Positions 1 to 13,923 of a DNA stretch of 64,000 nt are shown piece by piece. Position numbers and translations under genes: made by a program. Within the stretch, counting starts at the first letter, position 1. The number at the start of each line of letters is the position of its first letter. Origin of the DNA: Lytechinus pictus (Eukaryota); NCBI RefSeq assembly GCF_037042905.1, contig NC_087245.1:24554001-24618000 (forward strand). Reading direction: 5' to 3'. Under the pieces are notes generated by a model. The model searched no databases. It had not been told where the DNA came from and saw nothing but the letters and a program-made list of their open reading frames with translations.

Positions 1-2239
1 CGTTTCTATGGGACAATTATGAGTACGTCAACACGTCAATGTCAAAGTGTAATATTTCCATTGATCTTTCTATTCCAATGCAGAGGGCATTGTTTCCCTT
101 CTATTCCGCGCCGTCCGTGATCGCTCGTCCCAAATCAAAGAGATGCGACATCGACGATTAGCGCCAAAGCTTTGATGGGTGCTCCGATGACAGTATCGTT
201 GTCCTGATCCATACACTTCCAGGAAGATTAATATCTCTGTATTAAGAGTTCCCTGAAATGCATCCTTTCTGGATGGACGTGTATATTCCGCGCTAGTGAG
301 GTTGATTCTCTAATTGCAGTGTTTGATGATGCCAAAGGCTAGGCATGCTCTATGATCTTGTGTCAATCACTGAAGTTACGTCAGAGATGATGAATTATAA
401 ATAAGGATAGACTGGTAAGCTCTAAGGTCGTATGGCAAAACTTCCTTACGATCATACATCCTTGATGACAAATATAAGAACATATCCTCAACCTTCATAC
501 AATTGATTTAGTGCATATTTCTCAGGGTAGTTTAGAACAGGCATTGCTACCACAAAGATTACTCTTTGACTGTAGAGCAATCAAGTCAGGAATACACATT
601 GGGATATTTTTCTTTGATTCACACCTTTTACCATGTTTACAGAAATTCATCGTCATTAACTTTGGGAATCATATATCGTTGGTTTTTATTGATAAAAATA
701 CAATAACCTAATAATTTATAAAAGGCTAAAATAAAAGCTAAGTTTTTAAACATCCGTGCATCCTTTACATTGACCGATGTGAAAACTTTCTTCGAAAAGG
801 TCGTAAGATTTTAAGAAATAGTAGTAGTGATGTCAATTCATACAAAGTATCCTCCATTTATTTCCTAGTTGACAACTCAGTGTACGAACATCGCCTTAAA
901 TGCCCATGACATTTACACTAATTGAGGGTAATGACTGTTTGATAGGAAATGTAGTTAAAGAGATCATCCTTAATGTGGACAATAATTACACTGATACCAT
1001 GGCAACGATGACTGTTTTTATCTATATATAAAAAGACACAATTATAACATCTTTATTAAGAGCGAGGACTGAACCTCGGTCTATACATTTTGGTCAATTA
1101 AATAGGTTGTTTATCTACACATATGGCAACTGTAAGCAGGGCAAGGGTCTCTGTTGTAAGTGTATGTTGTCTTGATAGAATTAAATTAAGAAATAGAAGT
1201 TAGAGAGCTGGTCGAAGGAAGAAAGACAAAGGAACGACTGTCTGCTCTTTGGCAGAAAGAATTTATCTGACAGGCCTGGTTGTACATATAGGCCTACCTA
1301 CATTCATTTTGGTCAGAAATAGTAGGTGTCCGCCTAACGTTCAGTCCATATCGCGTGTCTGAGGTCACGTCGAGCAAATGATAAGGTTAACCAAATATCT
1401 TCTCTTTGTTTCATTCAAAGCACCGATCTCGTAATTAACCTTTTTTTATCTGCGAGGTTCGTGATTACCATTAACCCACTTTTTTCATCAATATAAAGAG
1501 ATGATGAATTTACTTTGTGGTGTATTTATTATCAACTTTTTGTTGGAGGCAGAATATAAACGTTTTCAAACGTCATTGAGGAGTCTTTCAATCTGTATCG
1601 CAGATCATATTCAACGAAAGTCGCATTTCAGATCGAAGTTTGCTGTATCTTCTGTGCTTCCAAATGAGTTTATGTCGTCGTTTTCTTGACTTGACATTAT
1701 TGTCCTATTTATTAAGTAAATATGAATGTCCTGACTTCTGTTTGAGGTTATGGCATTTTGCAAGGTGTTGATGATGACGATGATGATGATGATGTTGAGT
1801 TATTATGCCTTTTCTAATTTTTCGTCTAGCTTCACGTCACGAGTTGTGTCTGAGATCATGAGATTTGACAAAGCTAATAAAAACCTTTCAAATAAGGATC
1901 ATGGGATAAAAATCAACACACACATATTCCCTGCAAGCAACATACTCCTGGGTTGGATCACGGAGCCCTGTTCATAGGACCATGAACCTGAATTGCTGCG
2001 ATGTAAGTCCCTTATGCAATTACGATAACAGTAAATATAAGTTCTGCTTCTTATGCCAAATCTTTGATGAACACGACCGTATGCGTTATGGGTTCGTCCA
2101 CATGATGTGACATCGTTGTAAGTAAACGTTCCAAGGAAGTGTAAATTGTCAAAATAATGGACCATCGGGTCTGTTCTTACTGTATAACCAAATGGAAAAG
2201 TCTAGATGAGCACTCTTTACAAGGTTTGCAATCCGTATA

Positions 2240-2400
2240 CACTGTAAAAAATGATGTGCTAATTTAGCACTTACAGTGCTTGTATAGTGACTGCACTACG
2301 ACTGCTGATTTTCTAGTTTAAATTTGAACTAGAACATCAGCACTCGTAGTGCAGTCACTATACATGTAAGTGCTAAATTAGCACTTCATTTTTTACAGTG
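2240..2400. mobile_element. Foldback MITE with CACTG termini (CMC/EnSpm-like), TA-flanked
   Basis: ta|cactgtaaaaaatga...tcattttttacagtg|ta. Almost the whole 161 bp is palindromic. Confidence 0.9.
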
Positions 2401-5400
2401 TATAATACTTATGATGATTTCTCTTTTTGTTTTGTAAGCGTTCATTGTGTCACACGGTCCGATGAAATCCACTAAATTGAAAGACATGCAAACGCCTGCA
2501 GAGTGACCTTGAACGCCTATGGGGGCTGCCAATAAAAAGCAATTTACATTTGCAATTGCATAATGATTATGCCATTCTCTTTCCCGATGGAAGGGATTAG
2601 TAAACGGAGATAAACCTACATCCCACGTAGAGGTTCTTTTCCTACCCAAACCTACAACCTTTTAAATGGCCAAACTTTTCGACGCATCCCTGTTTTCCGC
2701 AAATAAGCAGTGGAGCCGTCTATTAGAGCCAAGTTTTATCGATGTTTCATCTCCAATCATAAACTAATACCACTCTAAATGAAAATATAAACTGATTTGG
2801 GCTTGATAACTTAATTAAATTTTAGTAACGCTTGAAGCAAAAGGGGCTGGTTTTATCGCCTATTTGGTGACAAAATTCCGTAAATTCTCGTACCTTGTGG
2901 CAATTTATTAAGGGCATTCTTTTAGGGTTTACACGTACTTCATAAGGATCTGACAGTGTCATTGGATATCTGCTTCTGACCGTTTGTCGTCATCGAACGT
3001 AAGTAGTCTTTTTTCCAACGAAAGGTAAAATAAAGACCGGGAACAAGTGAATATTAGATGGGAGAGAGAAGAGGAAAGACGTAGTGAGCAAGAGAAGTGA
3101 GAAACAGGGGGAGGGGACGTTGAACGGAGGCGGGGTACAGGAAGGATAAGATATGAACTTTTTTTTCACTCGACTTTCTTCCCGAAGACTCGGGCACAGC
3201 GGAGTTAAATTACCAAGTGGGACCACTTGAATTTTTAACAAGCGCTTAAGGGGTCTGGCGCAGACGCGAGCGATACGTTCAGCGTGGAACGAGTAGGTCG
3301 CGTATCAAGTGGACCCACTTAAGTTGCTGGAAATAATGTTCGGTTGGGGTTATAATAGGGGTCTAGCGCCGCCAGGGGGGAAATATGGGAGGAGCGTTGG
3401 GATCAGAGAAATGTAACTGTAAATTCAAATCTTGTAAGCTTCTCTTTCGTGTTCTTATTTTGTTCATCAAAACAAGTAAATCAACTGTTATTGGACAGGG
3501 GGAATTGACATTGAGTGGGGATGGTTTTATCGCCGGAGGCGTATTGTACCCATATGTGGGAAGACTGCTTGGCATGTGCTTCAAACTGTGACTTTATGAA
3601 TTCCAGATAGACGTTCGAGTTCGTGTTGTGATGTTGAGGGGAATATATAATAGGGTTGACGTGCGTAGCTTGCGGTGCCAGACAAGATTGGCCGAATCTC
3701 CTCTGATTTGGATTTGATACCGAATCTCACACATCCAAGTATCGCGATCGCACGCGTGACAGGCATTTTCATCTCCAAATACATCCCTTATTTTTCAAAC
3801 GGCTCTAGCACTGCTCTATCCCGTAATACACTCAATTTCACCCGAAATCAGATTCACAGTATTTTTTCTCTTCATTGAAACTAAAATCCAAGTTTTCTGA
3901 GAGAGTGATATCGATAACTTTCATAACGCGTTCAAAGTTCAAATACTGATTCAAAATTATCATGTTTTGGCATGCCGTTTGTTTCGATGTAGACAAATGT
4001 CTACAAATTCTATTTTGATGGTTGACCGTTTTCGTCGAACATAAAGATTTCTTTCTTTCTTTTTTTACAAAGCACCACCTTGCCCCCAAAAGAAGATTTT
4101 TACCATTTTGTTCAAATTGATTTGGCAGCAATATCTCCTTTAGATATGAACCTACGAACCTCACCAACCCCCTCTCTCCCCCCCCCCCCCTCTCCATCTC
4201 TTTTTCCCTCCCCCCCCCCCCCTCTCTCTCTCTCTCTTTCTCTCTAATCCTTACACTATCCATTACCTTTATAAATTCAACCCAGAACTACATCTATTTT
4301 AATGTAACAAATGTTGGGCATGTTCTTAAAAACTTTTTGATTGATATAGAATGCTTATTTTTTTAACATTTAAACCTCAACGAATCAAATTCCATTATTC
4401 AAAATGTTAATAACAGTGTTATTGATGTAAATAAAAGCCCCAAATAAATGGGTTTTTGAACTAATATGTCGTTTAAAAATGATTGGGTTCTGGTTACAGT
4501 GCTCTCACTTCTAAGAATATTTCCTTCGTGTTCTTAGCAATGAATAAAACGCCCTGTCAGTTTTTCCGTCACTCGATCTATCAAGTCGGCCCCGTTCACT
4601 GAGAATGACTGCGTGCTTGGACTACAACAATGAGATCCATTAACATCACTGCATACATAGGAATGAGCCTTCCTTGGGGCCTTAATTGTCGTAATCATTA
4701 ATTGTCTCATTATTGTCTACATAAAGTAGCGAAATTGATTGGAACTAGAAAAGAATAAAAAGCAGGGAACAGGTGTACGGAAGAGGGAGGAAGATTGCAG
4801 ATTTCGATAATTACGGTCGTGATTTTTCACCGGGGAGACATTCGGCATGCTCTAACAGTCCATTGATGGATCTTGATTAATGACTTGAAAACTTTTTTTC
4901 AATTCATCGACGCGGATCCTATGAGCACGTAAAGCACATTAGTGGGTAGGTTGGTACGTCCTGCTTTAGTCAGCAAGGAAACCGTTGATGGAGGTGATGG
5001 GAGCCAAGTGACTAATTCTCGTTCCTGATGTGATTTTGGTCATTCATTAGAGTGTTTTCGCATGCGACGCAGTACGAATTCAAGAACACATAGTGTATGT
5101 ATTGAAAATGCATGTCAAATCACAGAAAACAGCTGAGAGGTCTATGTCGACAGTTGGTGAACTGGAAGAGCAGTTTTGTTCTAAGTTTTGGAGCAGACGA
5201 AAACATTTGCAGATATGTCGTTTGTTCAGAGGCTAGGACGGAACTGTTGTTTTGATTCACCATATTTCGACAAATACTTCTTGGTTGATCTTTGTCACGA
5301 AGGGCATTCGACAATACATTTTCTATGTTCTTGAAAGCGTTTTGGTTCGAAAACTCCCTGATTGCCGTATTTCAACGGAAAACCCAAGCTATCATGAATT

Positions 5401-5499
5401 GTTCCAATACACAGAGCAAGCAAACAGTCGAATTTCAAAAGAGAGCAGCGTCTTAAATTCTTCAGTTTCCTTCGTTTCCCGAAAGGACCGGTCGCACGC

Positions 5500-5622
5500 C
5501 TTATCCGACAAAGTTTAATCCAACGGTTACCATAGTAGCAACGCTTCTCAGTCAATCAAAACCAAGGAAAGTTTTCAAATCTGACAGCTTGTCAGACTAC
5601 AAAATGTTGATAAAATGCTCCC
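5500..5622. mobile_element. Partial copy of the 23685 MITE family
   Basis: ttatccgacaa...tctcagtcaatcaaaaccaaggaaag...ctgacagcttgtc...aaaatgttgat. Confidence 0.65.
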
Positions 5623-8600
5623 AATAACAGACTCCCTTTAAACACCGCCATGTAAAAGTAAAAGTAAAAAAAAACACGTTGGTATAGTATCATCATGCTC
5701 AGCATGGGCATTTTAGGAGCAACGGTTAACGTATTAAGGAGTGGGTGTGCGTTTATTGAATGATTTTATGAAGATGGTGAATGGAATAAAAATCAAAGAA
5801 ATTTTTTGTCGTCAGATAGGTGTTGGGTCTTGTGAGCAAACAATGCATTCTCTGCATGTGATAATATAAGAAGACTTGGAATTGGGGATAGAGGAGGGTG
5901 TGGTGTGGAATGATGAATATGCAGAAGAAGTTAAAAAAATATGTTTTTATTTCCTCTTTTCTTTATCTTTATAAAACATAAAAAAGGAAAGCAGAAAGAG
6001 ACAGACATGACATGCAATTCAAATGAATTTCTGGAGTCGGGGACATTAAAATAAACGAATTATTTCAGTTTGGGCGACGTCATGAGTCGATTGTCTAGCG
6101 AAACCTCGTAACCTTACACCTCAAATTCTTTCACTGGCAAAATCTCAGCGATAGAGTGTCCTTTGTATCATGTGAGGAAGCGCTAGAATATTTCATCTCA
6201 ACACTAATCCTTTGAGACACCGTTGACGCCGAACGAATGCACCAATTACTCGTTCCACCTCTTTCCCTTTGTAACTTGTTCCTTCTCATTGTTCGATCTG
6301 ACTATGGTATCTTCAAAGTTTCACGATGTTCTTTAAAATGCATGTAATCGCCAGAAGCATGACCACATTTAGATGCAACATGAACATGATACTGATAGGT
6401 GTCACTCCCTCCGGGGTTCTATGTATTCACTCGTAAACCGATTTTTCTATCCGTCTATCTGTTCGTTTCTTTAGTTAAGATTCTTAAAGGAAGAACTATT
6501 TTCCCTGTCTTTCCAGATTATTCCATGCATTAATATGTTTCAGAAAATTTCGGATATCTTGTCTTCTACAATAAATGGCGAAAATAATATATCATTTCAG
6601 ATTAACATTTCATAAGATATTCAATCGTGTGCTTGCTACTATAATTGTTTTTGCAGAGTTGTGTTTTGGTAGAAATTTAAAAAAGATACAAGGACTCAAT
6701 TTACAGGTCAAGAGTAAATTATCGAAGTGCAAGAAAAGTAAATTCACGATTAATAAATTGGATTAAGTTTGATAGTTCGAGGAATAGAATTACATTAAGC
6801 ATTGTTAATTTAGAATTATGTAATAAAGGATCATTATTATTGGCGTAAATCTAAACCAACATTGGCGACTCCGTTGAAACATCTAATAAATGTATTTCAT
6901 ACCCTACATCTTCTAACATACATAGTACTCTTCTCGTTATATGAAATATTCTGACTGTTTAGTAAAACATCGATGGATTGGTTTTGATATATTTCATGCC
7001 AGGAGCCAAAGTTTATTGAAGGGGGGGGGGGGCAAGAGTATACAAAGGGACATTATATTTCTCTGTACGATAAAAGGGTATTACAAAAGCTCGACACCCA
7101 TGTCCCACTTTTCGATAATTTAATGTTTTATGGCTTTCGGTTCCTATCCCATGTTATGTTGATTTTTTTATCCCTTGATTATAGGTTAAAGAGGTCAGTT
7201 GCCCTCTGCGCCCCACCCACTTTGCTTTTTATCTAAAGAAATTCAATTTGTGTCACTTGCTTCTTTTCCTATTTTGCGACAGATTAATAAGGCCTTGTAA
7301 ACTCTACAAAAAATATGGCTTTTGACTGATAGGAGAGCGCCCTCTGAGTTTATAACGAATCAAGAACACCACGATTCTAGCTGCTTTTATTATGTTTCAT
7401 AATACCAAATTTTATTATGTTTCATGATTCTTGGTAATGCATTAAGCATTTCATTTAAGTAGAAAATGAAGAATGTACAGACTTATACTTCCATCTAAAG
7501 TACAATGTTTCCCATGACATGTTTTGCACCTAGGAACATTAATTCAAGGATGATCTATTGTCTTCGTTATCGCGTTTAAGGAGTTCGTGGCAACATGGTG
7601 AATGTTTGATTGATTGATCCTGTATGAGACTTCTTAACCATCAAGACTCGATCTTTAACAGAAAACAATGCGTACAGGCTTCCAACCTGACCGAATACTT
7701 CGCCCTGCCATTCTCCTCTTTCCCCGGTGGACGAAAAACTAATTTAGCGACGAGTTAAATATTCATGGATTCGAGCGAGAAACATTAATTTGGACGGAAT
7801 GCGAGTTCGGGGACCCTAACCTTCCACCAGAGAAATAATTTAAGACGAGAGTTTTAGATATCGGTCACGTCTGTTTCATGGAGAACTATGAGAAACAAAT
7901 CAAAACAAATAAACTTTGGAATATGGATGCCTGGGAACAAACTGCTAACGGATAAAGAACGACGACTCGGGAATATTATAAACATTTTCTTTGATAGAAA
8001 AGTTGCCTTTCCGTCCTATAATTTTATGGCAAAGAAAGTGCACGAAATAAAGACTTAGCCAAGTATGCTTTTTTTTCGTTTAAAAAACGTAAGGGAGATA
8101 AAGTCGTTTTAGCTCCTTCTACCCCCCCCCCCCTCCTCTCTCTCTTTCTTTCTTTCTTTCTCTATCTCTCTCTATTTCCCTAACTCTAGATCTGACTCCC
8201 CAAGAATAAATGTTTTTTTATTCACATATTCTCATTTTGAAGAAGATAAAACAGCAACATTATCAAATATAATTTCTTCTTTTCTTTTTAATTCCTTGTG
8301 TCAAAAGAAAATGCATTTTTCTTTTTTGTTCTTTTTTTCCAACATGAGAAAATATTAGATTGGTGATATACTTGTATTCTATTACGCTTTTCATGCTTTG
8401 GCGCCTTCTGAAAAATAACTGTCATATTTTTTTCTTTCAGGAATTATAATATTAAGGCATTTCCAAGACGAAAACAGAATTTAATGTAGTGGATTAACGA
8501 CTTACAAAGCTTTTAAAAGTCGTTTCCCTTTACATTTTCAGTGGGGATTGCACTACCGTTAGTACTACCGTTAGTATTAATTATCAATCGATACAGTTGT

Positions 8601-9139
8601 CACTCTATTAACATTTGCTGATTTAAGAAATAAATGTATGGCAATGGGAACCTTCCTTGTAAATCTAACGATTTATGAGACAATCCAAATATAATGTCTG
8701 TAGGCCTGATTCAAGATTAATTTGATGGATGAACTGTCATCATCTCCACACAACACAACAATAAAAATATGGCTTATTGAATATTATCACATCCTTTAGA
8801 AATATGCTTTTAAGTTCTACTTAATCTGAAGGCGATTAAATTCCATTAAAGAATCCGATATAGGGTAAAGAGTTTTGTTACCTCACTTTATCGTGGAGAT
8901 AAACTTTCATTTAGAAGGCAATACGCAACAACAACAAAAATTGAAATATAATTTCATAAACTCTTTATTTTCTCAATATTTTCTACCCAGAATGCAACAT
9001 TCTCATCACAACTTGCCATCATGGTCTATTAAAATGTTTGCATAAATTGTGGGAAAATGTCAAAGAAATTGTATATGTTACATAACAATTTACTATGTTC
9101 TTTGCATACTTTGATCATGAAACAGGCATAAATCGGGTA

Positions 9140-9565
9140 CACCGTAAAAAAAAATATTGGGTAAATTTTTAACCAGCGCGAGGGCAATTATATGTCCAAC
9201 CAATTTGGGGCAGTATTTTACCCAATGCGGGAAGAATATTGTCCAGTAAGATTAAACAATAAACAGCAATTATTGGCAAAATTTTCATGACACTGGATGA
9301 ATAAAAATGCCCAAAAGAAATGCCCAATATTACCTTATAATGTATCTCGATTGATATTAGCATTGTCATTTTTAATGTCATTTTATTTATTCTATTTAAT
9401 ATATTGTGTAATGATATACATATATATGTTTTTACTTTGTTAATATGCTATTATGAGTCTTTGGACATTTGTAATGTAACCATTCACAATAAAACCGGAA
9501 TCAAATGTTGGCTGGACACATTATTACCCTCATGGAGCATTTTTACCCAATGTTATTTTAGAGTG
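9140..9565. mobile_element. CAC-terminal MITE (ttgggtaaa subterminal family), TA-flanked
   Basis: ta|caccgtaaaa..tattgggtaaa ... tttacccaatgttattttagagtg|ta. Related to the elements at 46146 and 54174. Confidence 0.7.
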
Positions 9566-11563
9566 TAACATTCCAAGATATTTACCAATTATTTGACGTA
9601 AGTGTGGTTATAATGTATTTTGAGTGTCAAATGATTATTCAAAATATTTGACGATCTGTTATTGTTCCTGATGAAATCCATTTCATTAGCACTACGATAA
9701 CAAATTACCGAGAGCCTAAATAACAGAAAATCATTACGGAATAGTGATATATAACAATTTACAAATCAAAATGTCATATTCAACGACTTGTCAACCCGAA
9801 GAAAGACTGAAAACGATCGATTACATTTGAAGTTTCCAGACTGACCACAAACAAGCAGTTTATGTTTGATTGGGGGAAATGTCGATATTATACCTCCCAG
9901 GAAAGAGACAACTGAAGAAAGATGGAAAAGCTTTGCCATCGATAAGAGAGTGAAAATGTCACAGGAAAATTGAAGCAAATTGAGGAAGCGACGTCACAAT
10001 CAAAAGTTGAATCAAAATTTCATATCTTAGAAATGGTTAAAAATAACCACCGAAAAACCTTTTCGTCTGCATATCCAGGTCCATTGAGATGATTCGGAAG
10101 TATCTAACATTGTAATTTAATCAGGTCACCCTCATTTTCTTTTTCTTTTACCTCATTGTCACTGTAAATGTGAACGTACTCTTCTTAGTGGACCGAACTT
10201 TTTTAGTTTTACAGCGTTAATACTTTTTTTTTATCCTTTGGTTAAATTCTGACCTATCCTTTCTTTCACCCCACCCTCCCCTTCTCTCTTGTCATTTGCA
10301 TTCATGTTTTGTCGGAATAGAGTACATCTCTTTGTGCGACAATTTTGGCTAATACTTTCATTACAATTTTCAGTTTAAGTACATTCTTGCAATAGATCTT
10401 CATAATATTTATAACTGAATAGATACTACATGTACTTCGAACAACTAAGGCGTCGAGATGACAATGTTTATCGTGTTGATAAACTGTTTTATAATTTGTT
10501 TTAGTTCTATATAGCTTGGCTTCGTCCTGAATTAGAATGGCAACTAAAATTGCATCAGAGGGCACATTCGCCCCCCCCCCCCCCCTGAGGACCATACCCA
10601 AATTATAATTATAATGGAAAACGTCGGGCATACGCAAGTAACGATTTTTTGTGTGTTGTTTTTCAGAACAAAAATTTCCCTTTGGATCCGCTCCTAAACT
10701 CCATCATAAGAAAATATCGATCTTTTTTGCCATTTCGCAATACTGTACACCAAAATAAGTTTATTTTATAGCAAATCATAGGTTTGACATAGGTTTGGTA
10801 CATTACACAGCCAAATCTAACTTACTTCCGGTCATCTTCCGGAAAGGGGCGCCAAGATGCAATAATCGTAGATTTCTGGTAGATTTGCAAAGGTAAATTT
10901 TTTGTGAAAGTATCATCAAAAGTTATGATTCATAACCCCAACACCTATAGTTTATAAGATTTCAAAGAACTTCTTTAATCAAAGGTTTTAATTCAATTGC
11001 TTAAATATGATAATTTTGGCCCGAAATGTGAATTGCTACCAAACAAAGATACAAAAATACCAGACAATTAGATTATTGGTTCGGTGATTTCATTCGTTAT
11101 TATTAATTTATCTATTTTAAGTCAATTCAATTTGATTGAATTTTATATTTCAAAAAAATCATTCCTCCATTTGTTTTCTTAATCAATTCACTTGTTTCCG
11201 TTACTTTCTTCAATCTATATTCCCATGTGTGGTAGGGGGTGTACAACGGATGGGCCAAGTACCTTTTGATGTCCCGCTGGGTAATGGTATCTTCTGCTAT
11301 CTATCAGGAGCCACGACCTCCAGTCTCGTCACGAACTGTATCTTGCAACAATTAATGTGATGCAAATGCTACACTTTCGTGGAGAAAAATCGATTTCGTT
11401 ATAAAATAATAATCACGAGCAAGAAGGAAAAAAAAGAACACCACGTTTTCTCGATTATACCGATTGACGATGGAAGATCAGACCTGAAGGCGTTTAAAGA
11501 GAAAAGAGCGATCTTTTACGACAAATGTCAAGGTCGAACACTCATTCATTGATCTCAGCGCTA

Positions 11564-11663
11564 CAGTCAAATCAACGAAACCGACTCCAGACCGATCACA
11601 GTTATTGTGTTTTAAGCATGGCATATCGTCCAGCGGTTTGAAGTCGGTTCGTTGATATGGCTG
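11564..11663. mobile_element. Short palindromic MITE; related copy at about 12988-13082
   Basis: cagtcaaatcaacgaaaccgactccagaccg / cggtttgaagtcggttcgttgatatggctg. Confidence 0.6.
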
Positions 11664-12242
11664 TCGCTTAAGATACCACACTCATTCTACCGAAGAATGG
11701 CTCTGACGAGAAAGTATAAAGTAATCTATTCAGATCGAAACGTTATCACGTTTTCAGCATTTGATATTTCTATTCCCGTGTGTCCTATTGATGTTATTCG
11801 TGGCCATGGGTCTTCTGCTGTGATTATGACAGTGAAGGCTTTCTTTATACGAGGTATAATGCGACTCTTAAAAAAAAATGAAGTTGCCACTAAGATTGCT
11901 GTTATCTTGGTTTTGCAAACCTCTCTTTGGCTCATAGGGATTCTTCTGTACGGAACAGGTAGAATTTTTTTCTACCACGGATTTAATAAAAATGGATATT
12001 GACCTTGCACCTCAGCAAATGCAATCCACATGAAAAGAAAATAGTTACGTTACATCAGGAATTTTTTACAAAAAACTCCCTGGTTACAGAGCTGTAATCC
12101 CTAAAGGTTTAATGATTATCAAGATGGCAGTCACATCGTTCTCTATTCCAGTAATGTAACACATGGGGAAAAAATGAAAACCCATATTTTATTTTTCGTA
12201 ATATAAATTTGAGAATATAAATATTTCGAAAAATTATTTTGC

Positions 12243-12405
12243 CCAAAGGACCGACAGCCACTGTGCAACCCAAGATCGACGTAGCTCTATCAGGGCAGCA
12301 GCGACTCCCATCTTCTAACGTCTCTTGGGTTGACGCGGCCGGGGTTCGGTTTGAACTCCCGAACTCCCTGTTGCGAGACGGACACCGTACCAGCTGAGCC
12401 AACAC
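12243..12405 (-). mobile_element. tRNA-derived SINE with a Meta-domain-like core (MetaSINE-like), truncated
   Basis: Reverse complement has A box TGGCTCAGCTGG and B box GAGTTCAAACC, then ggccgcgtcaacccaagagacgttagaagatgggagtcgctgctgccctg. This resembles the Meta domain as I recall it; not aligned. Confidence 0.65.
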
Positions 12406-12580
12406 ACATGGGCTTTGTAAGATTTGATGAAGAATCAGCTTCTGGGTTATTTCCCTCTCGTAACATGATGAAATTCATGTACCATAAAATCGTTATGAAT
12501 ATAAATGACACATTAACACCGTTCTTCATTGCATGATGGAAATCACGTGGGGTATAAACTTGATCGATTCTAGCTTTTAA

Positions 12581-12854
12581 AGGCTCGGTCCCATTGGCCG
12601 ATGGACACAAAACGTATACATAAGGACGAATGGACGAGCAAAATTTCGGGGGTGATGCCATCCGTTTTCATCCGCTCCAGAAATGGACAACATTGGCGAA
12701 AATCACAGTGAACGGATTTGGATTAGGGCGTATGGAACACGTATGCAATGAGTGCACAACCGATGCATTCATTGCGTTTTCCAACGGATGGCAATATTTG
12801 TTTACGTTTCACGCCCTCTTCGCATCCGTATGGAAGTGCAGTGGGACCGTGCCT
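12581..12854. mobile_element. PIF/Harbinger-type MITE, TAA TSD
   Basis: taa|aggctcggtcccattg ... cagtgggaccgtgcct|taa. Confidence 0.85.
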
Positions 12855-13323
12855 TAATCAGCGAACTCGAATCCCCGAAGTCTGGCAGTGTCCACACCGT
12901 TTACTCTATCAGAGCTGCTCTGAAACATGAGGTATACTTTCCATGGCCTTGGCAGTCCGTGCATGCATCAGTATGAACTGCCACATTCACAGCCGAGAAA
13001 CCGATCCCAGACCAACCAAATATATGACGTAATTTCACATGGCATGTCATCGGTCGGTTTGGAGTCGGTTTCGTGTGTGTGACCTTTGGTGTGACCGTAT
13101 CATTGCGCGTTTCTTTTCAAGGAATACATCTCCGGTCCTATACATATCCTCTTGACCTGACTTGGATGAATGTGAGCGCTACGAAGAACTACTCTGCGAT
13201 ACAGAAGTAGGATATATTCATTATAGATAGCGGGATTGAGAAAACTGATTGGTTGACATAACTAAGATGTTATAGGGTAATGAATAAAATATATTTTGAC
13301 AGTTCACCTTAAATGACAGATTC

Positions 13324-13923
13324 GGACAAGTCTACCACATCAGAAAGTTGATTTGAATAAGAAGAGAAAAAATACAACACTGAAAATTTCATCGAAATGG
13401 GATAAAAAAAAATAAGAAAGTTATGACATTTTGAAGTTAAGCTTAATATCACAAAACAGTTAGATGCACATCCTGGAGGGTATACAAATGAGAGGACTGA
13501 TGGCATCACCCACTCACTATTTATTTTGTGCTTTTTTATCTAAAATATAAAATATTTTGATTTTCACCTTATTGTCCTTTGAAACAAAGTTTTATTTCTC
13601 CCTGAATATGTGGAACTACCATTATTATAACATTTTATGGTTAGGTAAAGTTGGTCCTGAATGTCGAATCTGTAAAAATGAAAATATTGTATAATACAAA
13701 CAATAAAAAAAAAATCGTGAGTGAGGGACATCATCGACTCTCTAGTTTGCAGAACACAGAGTTGTGCATGTAACTGTTTTGTGAAAAATATTAAGCAAAA
13801 CTTTGAAATGTCGGAACTTTCTTATTTTACATCCGATTTTGATGAAATTGTGAACGTTATGTTCGTTTGATTATTCTCTATTGATTCAAATCAACATTTT
13901 CCTGGGCTGGTCTTGACCTCTAA
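13324..13923. mobile_element. Palindromic MITE of about 600 bp, TTAA-type (Kolobok-like), copy 1
   Basis: Arms ctgaaaatttcatc..aataagaaagttatgacatttt and their reverse complement. Same family as 42446 and 61499. Confidence 0.85.

Noticed and set aside
3480..3720. Minus-strand frame containing VNPIIY (GPCR NPxxY-like)
   Set aside because: The preceding residues are polar (NQRRFGQSCLAPQATH), with no TM7 and no other GPCR motifs; likely chance.
3838..4263. 141-aa ORF, and similar low-complexity ORFs at 18317, 29506, 41644 and 43278
   Set aside because: They arise from CT/GA microsatellites and homopolymer runs.
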